Assembly (NCBI GenBank): GCA_963782055.1
Contig: CAWAIF010000003.1
Coordinates: 3,136,001-3,200,000, forward strand
DNA: 64,000 nt
Source of the DNA: an uncultured delta proteobacterium
GTDB lineage: Bacteria > Myxococcota_A > Polyangia > Polyangiales > Polyangiaceae
Reading direction: 5' to 3'
Part shown: piece by piece, positions 18,593-27,696 of the stretch
Layout of the letters: every line of letters begins with the position of its first letter
Position numbering within the stretch: the stretch's first letter is position 1
Made by a program: the position numbers and the translations under genes
The notes under the pieces: generated by a model
The model's database searches: none
What the model was told of the DNA's origin: nothing
The model's input: only the letters and a program-made list of their open reading frames with translations

Positions 18593-20380
18593 ATGCCCGC
18601 CACGCCTCGCCTCGTGGCTCCGACGCTCGTCGAAGCGGTCAAGGAGCTCGCCCACAAGACCGACAAGGGGTTCGACTTCGTCCGCGCCGACGGGACGGAG
18701 CGCTTCTGCTCCTTCCACACCATCGACGAGGAGGCGGCGCGGCGCGGCGCGCACCTCGCGGCGAAGGGCGTGAAGAAGGGCGACCGCGTCGCGCTGGTCA
18801 TCCCCGACCCCGACGAGTTCGTCCTCACCTTCCTGGGCGCGATCTACGCGGGCGGCGTGCCCGTGCCGATGTACCCGCAGCTCTCCTTCAAGAACGTGGA
18901 GAGCTACCACGACACCGTCGCGCACATCACCAACGCCTCCGGCGCCGAGCTGCTCGTCACGACGCAGGCGACGCGCCAGTACGTCGAGCCCGTCCTCCCG
19001 CGCGCGCCGAAGCTGCGCGAGGTGCTGGACGTCACCGCGCTCCACGCGCCGGCGCCCGGCGCGCTCGACGTGAAGGTGCAGCCGGAGGACCTCTGCTTCA
19101 TGCAGTTCACCTCCGGGAGCACGTCGCGGCCGAAGGGCGTGATGGTCACGCACGGCAACCTCTCCGCCAACAGCGAGGCCTTCATGATCCACGGCCTCGG
19201 CAAGGACTCGTCGGTCGACAAGGGCGTGAGCTGGCTGCCGCTCTTCCACGACATGGGGCTCATCGGCTTCGTGATCGGGCCGCTCTTCACCGACATCCCG
19301 GTCGTCTTCCTGCCGACGGCGAGCTTCGTGCGCTCGCCGCGCATCTGGCTGGACACCATCCACAAGCACCGCGGCAGCATCACCTACGCCCCCAACTTCG
19401 CCTACCAGCTCGTCGCCAAGCGGCTGAAGGAGAAGGACGTCACGGGCCTCGACCTCTCCTGCATGCGCATCACCGGCTGCGGCGCCGAGCCCATCCAGTC
19501 CAAGACGCTGCGCGACTTCACCGAGCGCCTGGCCCCCGCGGGCTTCGACCCGAAGAGCTTCATCCCGTCGTACGGCATGGCGGAGGCCACCCTCGCCATC
19601 ACCTTCGCGAAGCACGGGACCGGCTTCCACACCGACCGCGTCGAGAGCGCGTCGCTGCAGAAGGGCACCGCCGCCCCGTCGAAGGGCGACGACCCCGAGG
19701 ACGCGATGACGCAGGAGCTCGTGGCGTGTGGCTTCCCGTTCCCCGGCCACGAGGTCGCGGTCATCGACGAGCACGGCAAGCGCCTGGGCGAGCGGCAGGT
19801 CGGCCAGATCGTCACGCGCGGCCCGAGCATCACGCAGGGCTACTTCCAGGAGCCGGAGCTCACCGCGCAGGCCTTCAAGAAGCTGGGCGCCGAGCCGGAG
19901 GGCGAGGTGTGGCTGCACACCGGCGACCTCGGCTACATCGCCGGCGGCGAGATCTTCATCTGCGGCCGCGTGAAGGACATCATCATCATCCGCGGGCGCA
20001 ACTTCTACCCGAGCGACATCGAGTGGGTGGCCAGCGAGCTGCCCGGCGTCCGGCGCGGCAACGTGGTCGCCTTCGGCGTGACGGTGGACGCGGAGGGCCG
20101 CCACGTGGAGGACGGCACCGGCGAGGAGCAGCTCGTCGTCTGCGCCGAGGCCCACTCCAGCGACGCCGCCGCCCTGGTGCAGGACATCCAGAAGGCCGTC
20201 ACCGACCAGATCGGCATCGCCGTCTGGAAGGTCGAGATCGTCCCGCAGGGATCGCTGCCGCGCACCTCCAGCGGCAAGCCGCAGCGCCGCAAGACCAAGC
20301 AGATGTTCCTGGACGGCACCCTCCCGCGCCCGCGCGGCGAGGCACCGGCCCCCGGCACGAAGAATACCGCGAGCGCATAG
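18593..20380 (+). CDS. fatty acyl-AMP ligase
   Basis: QFTSGSTSRPKGV, SWLPLFHDMGLIG, SYGMAEATL, TGDLG, GRNFYPSDIE, LPRTSSGK (FAAL signatures). Confidence 0.92.
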   Translation: MPATPRLVAPTLVEAVKELAHKTDKGFDFVRADGTERFCSFHTIDEEAARRGAHLAAKGVKKGDRVALVIPDPDEFVLTFLGAIYAGGVPVPMYPQLSFKNVESYHDTVAHITNASGAELLVTTQATRQYVEPVLPRAPKLREVLDVTALHAPAPGALDVKVQPEDLCFMQFTSGSTSRPKGVMVTHGNLSANSEAFMIHGLGKDSSVDKGVSWLPLFHDMGLIGFVIGPLFTDIPVVFLPTASFVRSPRIWLDTIHKHRGSITYAPNFAYQLVAKRLKEKDVTGLDLSCMRITGCGAEPIQSKTLRDFTERLAPAGFDPKSFIPSYGMAEATLAITFAKHGTGFHTDRVESASLQKGTAAPSKGDDPEDAMTQELVACGFPFPGHEVAVIDEHGKRLGERQVGQIVTRGPSITQGYFQEPELTAQAFKKLGAEPEGEVWLHTGDLGYIAGGEIFICGRVKDIIIIRGRNFYPSDIEWVASELPGVRRGNVVAFGVTVDAEGRHVEDGTGEEQLVVCAEAHSSDAAALVQDIQKAVTDQIGIAVWKVEIVPQGSLPRTSSGKPQRRKTKQMFLDGTLPRPRGEAPAPGTKNTASA

Positions 20381-20560
20381 CGGCGTTCGCGGTGCGTGCG
20401 TCGTTACGCGGCGTACGGCCCAAATGTGCAGTCTTCGTATTGAGTCGGGCCGCGTTTTCAGGTAGGTGACGGCCCAAGCTCCCGACGGCATCGCCCTCGC
20501 ATGGGGACGGTACGCCGGGCCCGAGAATGGGCTCCCCAGGGGGCCCGGAGAGAAAGACCC

Positions 20561-20812
20561 ATGGCCTTCAGTCGTGCAGAGCTCCTTCAGATGTTCCAGA
20601 AGACCGCGGCCGAGATCGCGGAGAAGGAGCTGCCCAACATCTCGGAGGGCACCGTCATCAGCGAGCTCGGCATCGACTCCCTCGGCATGCTGGAGATCGT
20701 CGGCGCCATGGAGCGCCAGCTCAAGATCCAGATCCCCGACGAGTCGCTCGCCGGGATCCAGACGGTGAAGGACTTGCTGGAGCTCGTCGAGAAGCGCCAG
20801 CACGCCGCCTGA
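20561..20812 (+). CDS. acyl carrier protein
   Basis: 83 aa, ELGIDSLGMLEIV..IQTVKDL. Confidence 0.92.
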   Translation: MAFSRAELLQMFQKTAAEIAEKELPNISEGTVISELGIDSLGMLEIVGAMERQLKIQIPDESLAGIQTVKDLLELVEKRQHAA

Positions 20813-20859
20813 GGATCGCGCTCACGCGGCCGCAGGAAGCCAGAAGAACCGGAGTGATC

Positions 20860-21111
20860 ATGACCGACGAGACGCTCAAGCAAGAGATCAGGGACCTCAT
20901 CTGCGAGATCGCGGAGCGCGACGACCTCCCCGACGACACCCACTTCAAGGACCTGGGGATCGACTCGATGATGGGCGTCGAGATCGTCGCGGCGATCGAG
21001 CGGCAGTACAAGGTCAAGATCGAGGACGCCGAGCTGACCGAGGTCACGACGCTCAACAAGAGCTTCGACCTGGTGAAGTCCAAGCTGGGCGCCGACGCGA
21101 AGGTGGCCTGA
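20860..21111 (+). CDS. acyl carrier protein
   Basis: 83 aa, DLGIDSMMGVEIVAAIERQY; SD GGAG. Confidence 0.92.
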   Translation: MTDETLKQEIRDLICEIAERDDLPDDTHFKDLGIDSMMGVEIVAAIERQYKVKIEDAELTEVTTLNKSFDLVKSKLGADAKVA

Positions 21112-21113
21112 GG

Positions 21114-21144
21114 CCTCTCTCTCCCCGAGAAGGGGAGGGCGAGG
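21114..21144. terminator. hairpin between convergent genes
   Basis: CTCCCC-GAGAA-GGGGAG with extended CCTC/GAGG pairing. Confidence 0.4.
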
Positions 21145-22881
21145 TCACTTTCCCAGCCAGCCTTCCAGGAGGGCGAGCTGGTCGGGGGTCGCGTCCTTGC
21201 GGCGCGTGAGCTTCACGCGGTCCAGGCGGGGCGGGTCCAGTGTCACGTCCAGGGAGCGGATGCGGCCCTCACGGGCGACCAGCACCGGGACGACGTCCTT
21301 CTCCTTCTTGCCGGAGAGCGCGGCCTCCACGCCCGCCGGATCCAGGACGCGACGTCCGGCGACCGCCACCAGCTCGTCGCCCGGGTCCACGCCCGCGCGC
21401 TGGGCCGCGCCGCCGCGCAGGACGCTCGCCACGTGCACGCGCGCCCCGTCGCCGCGCGTGCGCACGCCCAGGCTGCCGCTCGGCTCCCCCTTGGCGTGGC
21501 GCTCCACCGAGAGCCCGGCGCGGGCGAGCGTGGCGTCGTAGTCGATCTCGTGGGCGCCCCGCACCCAGGCGTCGAAGAGATCGCCCATCCTCGTCCCGGC
21601 GACGTGCTCGAAGATCTCCTGCATGCCGTCCTCCGGCACCGGCCGCTGGTGCCGCCCGAACTCGTTCCACAGGTGGGCCAGCACCGCGTCGAGCGAGGCC
21701 TTGCCGCCGGAGCGCGCGCGCAGCTCCAGGTCGAGCAGCGCGCAGACCATCTCCCCCTTGCGGTAGTAGCTCACCGAGCTGTTGGTGCTGTTCTCGTCCG
21801 GCCGGTACAGCTTCACCCACGCGTCGAAGGAGGCCTCCTCCAGCGGGTGCACCAGCCGCCCCGGTGTCTGGTCCAGGTACGCCACCTCGGTGGCGAGGTG
21901 GTCGAGGTACTCGGTCTCGGTGCAGAGCCCGGCGAGGCGGAGCACGCGCCAGTCGTAGTAGCTGGTGGCGCCCTCGAACCACCAGAGCAGGCGCGTGTGG
22001 TTCTCGTCCTGGTAGCGGTAGGGGTGAAGGCCCGCGGGGCGGATGCGCTTGACGTTCCAGAGGTGGAAGTACTCGTGGGCGACGAGGGAGAGCAGGTCCA
22101 GGGTGCCGTCGTGGGTGTCCATCGCGGTGGCGGAGGCCAGGAGGGACGAGGACGCCAGGTGCTCCAGGCCGCCGCGCCCGCGCGGGGACAGGTGCAGGAT
22201 GAAGGTGTAGCCCTCGTGCGGGAGGGAGCCGCCGAAGAGGCTCGCCTCCGTCTTCACGATGGTCGTCGTGGCCTCCACCAGGCGGCGCAGGTTCGCCTCG
22301 CTCAGCGACTCCGGCGGCCAGACGGCGAAGCGGTGCGGCTTGCCCGCCGCCTCGAAGCGCGCCTCACGGAAGGAGCCGACCTCCATGGGGCTGTCGACCA
22401 GGGTGTCGTAGTCGGCGGCGAGGAAGCGCGGGCGCGCCTCGGCGGCGCCCTCGACCGGAGGCATCGCGGTGGCGACGCGCCAGCCGGAGGGCGCGAGCAG
22501 CTCCACCTCCGCCGGGGCGCCCAGCCGGCCCTCCACCGCGAGGAAGGTGGAGGCGCCGTTGAGGTACCAGTGCGTCGTGTCGACGTGATTGGTGCGCACG
22601 GTGAGGTCGTTGGCGTAGACGCGATAGCGGACGGTGAGCTCCTTGGCGCCGTCGTGCGCGACCGTCCACGCGTTCTTGCGCGTCTTGCGGACGGGGTGTG
22701 TCGGGCACGTCAGGCCCTCCACGTGCCGCGCGTACTCACGGACGAGGTACGAGCCGGGCGTCCAGGACGCCATGAAGAGGACGAGCGGGGAGGGCAGGGG
22801 CTGATCGGACGAGACGGTGGTCTCCACGTCGACGAGGTGCGCGTGGGGGTCGGACACGGAGACGCGGTGCACGAGGCGCAT
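21145..22881 (-). CDS. M61 family glycyl aminopeptidase with PDZ domain
   Basis: WTPGSY, GGLEH, AHEYFHLWN, WWFEGATSYY, SYYRKG; C-terminal PDZ. Confidence 0.92.
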   Translation of the reverse strand: MRLVHRVSVSDPHAHLVDVETTVSSDQPLPSPLVLFMASWTPGSYLVREYARHVEGLTCPTHPVRKTRKNAWTVAHDGAKELTVRYRVYANDLTVRTNHVDTTHWYLNGASTFLAVEGRLGAPAEVELLAPSGWRVATAMPPVEGAAEARPRFLAADYDTLVDSPMEVGSFREARFEAAGKPHRFAVWPPESLSEANLRRLVEATTTIVKTEASLFGGSLPHEGYTFILHLSPRGRGGLEHLASSSLLASATAMDTHDGTLDLLSLVAHEYFHLWNVKRIRPAGLHPYRYQDENHTRLLWWFEGATSYYDWRVLRLAGLCTETEYLDHLATEVAYLDQTPGRLVHPLEEASFDAWVKLYRPDENSTNSSVSYYRKGEMVCALLDLELRARSGGKASLDAVLAHLWNEFGRHQRPVPEDGMQEIFEHVAGTRMGDLFDAWVRGAHEIDYDATLARAGLSVERHAKGEPSGSLGVRTRGDGARVHVASVLRGGAAQRAGVDPGDELVAVAGRRVLDPAGVEAALSGKKEKDVVPVLVAREGRIRSLDVTLDPPRLDRVKLTRRKDATPDQLALLEGWLGK

Positions 22882-22979
22882 GCCCCCTTGTACGACAGTC
22901 GCGGCCGGTTGTGGCGCCTCTGGCTCAGGCGCGGCTGCGCTTGACGGGCCGGGCCGAACCTCCTACCGGTGAGGCGCCC

Positions 22980-23498
22980 ATGGAAGCACGGCTCGAAGGC
23001 AGATCCTACCTGACAGGCAAGAAGCTGGTGCTGTTCGGAGGCACCTTCAGCGTCCTGACCATCTTCACCATCACCTTCGGCTTCCGGACGCTGGGCTGGA
23101 CGCGCTTCCAGGCCAACTCCCACCTCCAGGAGGGCCGCTCGCAGGTCATCTACCTCTCCCGGGCGGTGATGGCCTGCACCGAGAAGACGGGCAAGCTGCC
23201 GGAGACCTCGCCCGAGGTCCCGGCCACCCTCGCGCAGGTGGGCGCCAAGACCTACAAGAGCACCGCGGCGGACTGGAGCGCTCCGGCCTTCTCCTGCGAG
23301 CAGTTCACCATCGATCAGCCGCAGCGCTTCCAGTACCAGTGGGACAAGACCGACGCGAACGACGGCGTCGTCCGGGCGAAGGCGGACTTCAACGCCGACG
23401 GCACGGCGGAGGCGGTCTTCGAGCAGAAGATCCTGTGCGGGGTGAAGGACGGGCGGTACCAGTGCCACCCAGGGCCGTTCCTGGACCACGCAAAGTAG
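22980..23498 (+). CDS. pilin-like membrane-anchored protein
   Basis: N-terminal hydrophobic helix; FTIDQPQRFQY and AKADFNADG resemble myxobacterial type IV pilin globular domains. Confidence 0.55.
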   Translation: MEARLEGRSYLTGKKLVLFGGTFSVLTIFTITFGFRTLGWTRFQANSHLQEGRSQVIYLSRAVMACTEKTGKLPETSPEVPATLAQVGAKTYKSTAADWSAPAFSCEQFTIDQPQRFQYQWDKTDANDGVVRAKADFNADGTAEAVFEQKILCGVKDGRYQCHPGPFLDHAK

Positions 23499-25598
23499 TC
23501 ACGGGTCCACCACGTAGGCGTCCAGGTCCCACGTGCCCTTCTGGCCGCCCCACCCGTCGATGATCACCCAGTAGGTGCCCGGCGCGAGGGTCTGGTCCAG
23601 GAAGCTGCGCGGGCCGCTGAAGGAGTAGTTGCAGGCGATCTCGGTCCCGGGGCAGCTCGTGCCCTGGCGGAGCGCGAGGATGGTGCCGTAGCTCGAGCCT
23701 TCCATGCTGAGCACCACGCGCTTCTTCTGGGCGAGCACCAGGCGGAGGATCTGGTCGGCCGCGCCGCCCTTCGGCTGGTTGGCGGCGTCGCAGCTGTCGT
23801 CGAAGTCGGGGTTGTGGGTGGTGGTGTCGCCGGTGAAGTAGCCGCCGCTCGCCGGGATGTCGACGAAGGTCCCGCAGTCGTCGGCGCCGGGCACCGCGGT
23901 CGAGGCGACGGTGGGCCGCGCGAGGGTGGTGAGCGTGCCCTGCTGGCCAAAGGTGTCGCCCACCACCGCGCGGTAGCTACCCGCGGCGAGGTTGCGCTTG
24001 CCCGCGCGCACCGGGGTGGACGCCGCCCAGCACAGCAGGTTGTCTGCCTGGGTGCAGCCTGGCGCGTCGAGCGACACCGCGCCGTAGTCGTTCTGCGGGT
24101 AGCGCGCGACGACCAGCACGTCGCTCGGCACGCCCAGCTCCACGTCGTACGCGGCGGTGGGCGCGCCGGGGTAGCAGCCGTCCTGGATGGCGTCCTCGTG
24201 GTTCGCCAGGTCGAAGGGGAGGGTGCCGTTCAGGGTGGCCGGCGGCGCGGAGGAGCACAGCTCGTCGGCGGGCGAGGTGGTGGGCGCGGCGAGCTGCACC
24301 AGCACGCTCGCGTCGATGGGCGTCGTCGCCGCCACGGTGAGCACGTAGGTCCCCGCGGGCACGCCGCGCGCGAAGAGCGGGAGCGAGCTGCCCTTCTTGC
24401 AGTGCAGCTCGTCGGTCTGGCCGGAGCAGCTCGGCGCGCGCAGCCCGACGACCGGCTGGCCGGCGCCCTTCAGCGTGGAGGCGTAGACGCGCACGTCCTG
24501 GGCCTGGGCGAGGGTCAGGGAGTAGGTGAGCTCGCCGGTCACCGCGCCGCACGCGTCGGGGAGATCCAGGCTGGGATCGACGAGGGAGACGGTGGTGGGC
24601 GTGCCCGGCGCGATGGGCGTGGCGGTGCCGCAGTCCTCGTTGGCCGCCTTCGGCGTGGGGGAGAGGAAGTCCACCGAGAGGGTGACCGACGTCTCCAGCG
24701 AGGAGGTGACGACGACGTAGTAGGTGCCCGGCGCCACGTCGCGGGCGCGCGCCCGTGTGCTCCACGCGCCGGCGCCCGCGCCGCACGCCAGCTCGGAGAC
24801 CGGCTGGCCGCACGCCGACTGGATGGCGACCGACATCTCGCCGTTGGTCGGCCCGGCGACCCACACGTCCAGGTCCGCGTTGGGCCCGGCCGGCACGGTG
24901 ACCGCGGCGACCACGTCGTGCGCGGTCTGCGGCTTGCTCACCGTGCAGGAGGTCTGGAAGGTCTTGCCCGCCCCGGCGGTGCTCATGGCGTAGGTGCCCG
25001 GCGCGGTGATGGACATCGCCGTCTGGCAGGTGGCGTTCTGGGCGCTCACGCACCCGGCCTCGTCGGTCTGGCCGTTGCAGTTGTCGTCGACGCCGTTGCC
25101 GCAGATCTCCGAGTGCTTGCTGGAGACGTTGGGGTCGAGATCGTTGCAGTCCCCTCCGCCCTTGCACACCGCGTCGGGATCGCCGTCCTGGTCGAGATCG
25201 CGCGGCTCGTGGGTGCACGACTTGTCCGCCTCGACGCACTTGCTGATCTCGCACGTGGAGGAGGAGCACGCGACGACGGGGCCTGGCTGGCAGCCGCTGG
25301 TCCGCTTGCACAGCTCCTTGCCGTTGCAGAAGACGCCGTCGTCGCAGAGCGTGTCGTCGGGGGTGTTGCGGCAGCGCAGGAGCTGCGGATCGCAGGTGTC
25401 GAAGGTGCAGGCGATGCCGTCGTCGCACTGGGAGTCGTCCTGGCAGGGGGCTCCCAGGATGTCGGCGTCCTCCCCGCCGTCCCCGGTGGAGGCGTCGGGG
25501 GCGTCGGCGCCGGCGTCGAAGGGGTGGACGTTGTTGTCCGGAACCGGCCCGTTGCCGCACGCGACGAGGAAGGCGGCGAGAAGGAGGGCGCGGCGCAC
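23499..25598 (-). CDS. Cys-rich surface lipoprotein with putative metal-binding repeat
   Basis: Lipobox LVAC; CDDGIACTFDTC; DCNDLDPNV...EICGNGVDDNCNGQTDE; repeated beta-sandwich modules ending in GTY(Y/V/W). Confidence 0.8.
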   Translation of the reverse strand: MRRALLLAAFLVACGNGPVPDNNVHPFDAGADAPDASTGDGGEDADILGAPCQDDSQCDDGIACTFDTCDPQLLRCRNTPDDTLCDDGVFCNGKELCKRTSGCQPGPVVACSSSTCEISKCVEADKSCTHEPRDLDQDGDPDAVCKGGGDCNDLDPNVSSKHSEICGNGVDDNCNGQTDEAGCVSAQNATCQTAMSITAPGTYAMSTAGAGKTFQTSCTVSKPQTAHDVVAAVTVPAGPNADLDVWVAGPTNGEMSVAIQSACGQPVSELACGAGAGAWSTRARARDVAPGTYYVVVTSSLETSVTLSVDFLSPTPKAANEDCGTATPIAPGTPTTVSLVDPSLDLPDACGAVTGELTYSLTLAQAQDVRVYASTLKGAGQPVVGLRAPSCSGQTDELHCKKGSSLPLFARGVPAGTYVLTVAATTPIDASVLVQLAAPTTSPADELCSSAPPATLNGTLPFDLANHEDAIQDGCYPGAPTAAYDVELGVPSDVLVVARYPQNDYGAVSLDAPGCTQADNLLCWAASTPVRAGKRNLAAGSYRAVVGDTFGQQGTLTTLARPTVASTAVPGADDCGTFVDIPASGGYFTGDTTTHNPDFDDSCDAANQPKGGAADQILRLVLAQKKRVVLSMEGSSYGTILALRQGTSCPGTEIACNYSFSGPRSFLDQTLAPGTYWVIIDGWGGQKGTWDLDAYVVDP

Positions 25599-25624
25599 GA
25601 GGGGAGTGTACTACGCGCCTCGCC

Positions 25625-27556
25625 CTACTTCCTGATGTGCGGCGGCGGCGGCGGATCGGGGGGCGGCAAGTTGACCGTCGGCCGCGGGAGCGGGTCGGGC
25701 GGCGGCGGGAGCGGTCGCTTGCCGGCGTCGGGCCTGGCCATCGGCGTGGGCAGCGGATCGTTGGGCATGACCGTGGGTGGCGGCACCGGATCGGGCGGCG
25801 GGATGGTCTCGGTCGGCGTCGCGGTGGTGGCGGCGTCCGGCGTCTCGACCAGCGTCGGGACAGGGAGCGGGTCGGGTGGCGGCGGCGCCGTCGCGTGGTC
25901 GCACGCCGTGAGCGGAATGAGCGCCAGCGTCGCGGCGCTCAGGGCGCCCCAGCGCGAGGCCGTCCGCGCCCGCCTGGCGACCTTCGGGGCGATCGCGGCC
26001 CGGACGATCGCGTTGGTCCCCTCCTGCACGCGCGCCTCGAGCTCCACGTTGGCGCGCTCCACCTCCTCGGTCATCCGCGCGGTGAAGTCCTGGAACGCGG
26101 CGGGGTCCTCCGACGTGCTCGACTCGGCGAAGTCGAGGATGCGGACCATCTTCTCGTTGCAGTCCAGGTTGACCGCGCGCGTCGTCTCGGTCGTCATCTC
26201 GCGAAGCTGCTGCGTGAGGGCGTGCGGGTAGAACGTGCGGAGCAGGTGCAGGTGGTAGCCGAGGCCGAGCGTGGAGTTCATCAGGCCGTCGCACCGGAAG
26301 TTGCGATCCAGAAAGGCGCTCGCGAAGACCCGGAAGGCGCGCTCCGCCCTCGGATCGCGGATGGCGTAGTCCCAGCCGAAGACGTCGCCGCGCAGCCGGC
26401 CCTCGCGCTCCAGCTTCGTCATGAGCGGCGTGCCCACGTAGATCTCGGTCCGGCAGAAGTTCATCGGCACGTCGGCGTATTCGCGCAGGAAGGCGAAGCT
26501 CTGGCGGAGTGACTCCAGGCGGGACTCGGGGTCGAAGACGAGCATGTTGAAGCACGCGTAGACGTCGCGATCGCGCAGGAACTCGAGCGCGCGGCGGTTG
26601 GTCTGGAGGTCGACGCTGCGCCCGAGCGTCCGGAGGCCCTGCGTAGAGCCCGCCTCGATGCCGATGTAGACGCGCAGCAGGCCGATCTCCCGCAGCACGG
26701 AGAAGACGCGCTCGTCCACGTCGTCCGGTCGCGCCTTGACGACGAGGGCGACGTCGTCGACCCGCCGCGCCTTCAGCGCGTCGCGCAGCGCCTCCATGCG
26801 GGCCAGGTCGCGATCGTGATCGCGCGTGAAGAAGTCGTCGTCGTGGAAGACGAACATGCGCGCGCCGCGAGTCCGGCGCAGCTCCGCCATCTCGTCGGCG
26901 ACGTTCTCCGGGCTGCGCCAGCGGTACATCTGGCCGCCCGCGGACTTGAGGTACGCGTGGATGCAGCAGAAGGTGCAGTGCCCGAAGCAGCCGCGCGTGC
27001 CCACCATGAAGGCCGCGGGGACCCCGAGGTGGAGCTGCGGCTGGCCGGTACGCTTCGGGAAGGGGAGGGCGTCCAGGTCCTCGATCAGCGGTCGCGGCTC
27101 GCTCGCCACGACCGCGCCGTCGTCGGCGCGGTACGCGAGGCCACGGATGCCGGCGAGGTCCGCCAGGCGGCCGCCGCGCTCGACGGCGCGGCACAGCTCG
27201 ACGATCGTCACCTCGCCCTCGTGACGGACGATGGAGTCGATGGCCGGGAAGGCCTCCAGGCACTCGCGGTAGGCGAAGGTCGGGAAGTGCCCGCCGCCGG
27301 TGACGTGCCCGCCGTAGCCGTGCTCGCGGAGCGCGGAGGCCAGGGCGCCGAACTCTCTGGCGCGGAACTGGAACGTCATCGACATGCCGACGAGCGCCGG
27401 CCGCGTGCGCGCGACGGCGTCGAGCACGTCCCCGGTGTCGCCCGGACCGTTGAACGTCGCGAAGTGCGGCGTGTGTCCCGCCGCTTCCAGCGCGGACGCC
27501 AGGTAGCGGAGGGCGAGATTTTCTTCGAGCTCGGCGCCGACGAGAAGAACGTCCAT
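25625..27556 (-). CDS. cobalamin-binding radical SAM protein with Pro-rich C-terminal extension
   Basis: ENLALRYLAS, GGHFPT, HEGE (B12-binding domain); RGCFGHCTFC; FHDDDF; IGIEAG. Confidence 0.9.
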   Translation of the reverse strand: MDVLLVGAELEENLALRYLASALEAAGHTPHFATFNGPGDTGDVLDAVARTRPALVGMSMTFQFRAREFGALASALREHGYGGHVTGGGHFPTFAYRECLEAFPAIDSIVRHEGEVTIVELCRAVERGGRLADLAGIRGLAYRADDGAVVASEPRPLIEDLDALPFPKRTGQPQLHLGVPAAFMVGTRGCFGHCTFCCIHAYLKSAGGQMYRWRSPENVADEMAELRRTRGARMFVFHDDDFFTRDHDRDLARMEALRDALKARRVDDVALVVKARPDDVDERVFSVLREIGLLRVYIGIEAGSTQGLRTLGRSVDLQTNRRALEFLRDRDVYACFNMLVFDPESRLESLRQSFAFLREYADVPMNFCRTEIYVGTPLMTKLEREGRLRGDVFGWDYAIRDPRAERAFRVFASAFLDRNFRCDGLMNSTLGLGYHLHLLRTFYPHALTQQLREMTTETTRAVNLDCNEKMVRILDFAESSTSEDPAAFQDFTARMTEEVERANVELEARVQEGTNAIVRAAIAPKVARRARTASRWGALSAATLALIPLTACDHATAPPPPDPLPVPTLVETPDAATTATPTETIPPPDPVPPPTVMPNDPLPTPMARPDAGKRPLPPPPDPLPRPTVNLPPPDPPPPPHIRK

Positions 27557-27696
27557 GGTCGCTCCCTTTCCGCCGCGCACCCGATGCACGTGCGCGCAGC
27601 CGCTGCGGCAACGCGCGCGTACTTCCGCGGGCTTGCCCCATCGCCCGAGTCGCGAAGCGAAACGTGTGCCCGGGGTGCCCTCCCGGCCCTCGGCGC

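Noticed and set aside
17171..20803. 1210-aa ORF suggesting a giant KS fusion
   Set aside because: Only 17171-18448 is KS; the rest is the stop-free antisense frame of the FAAL and ACP genes, typical of high-GC DNA.
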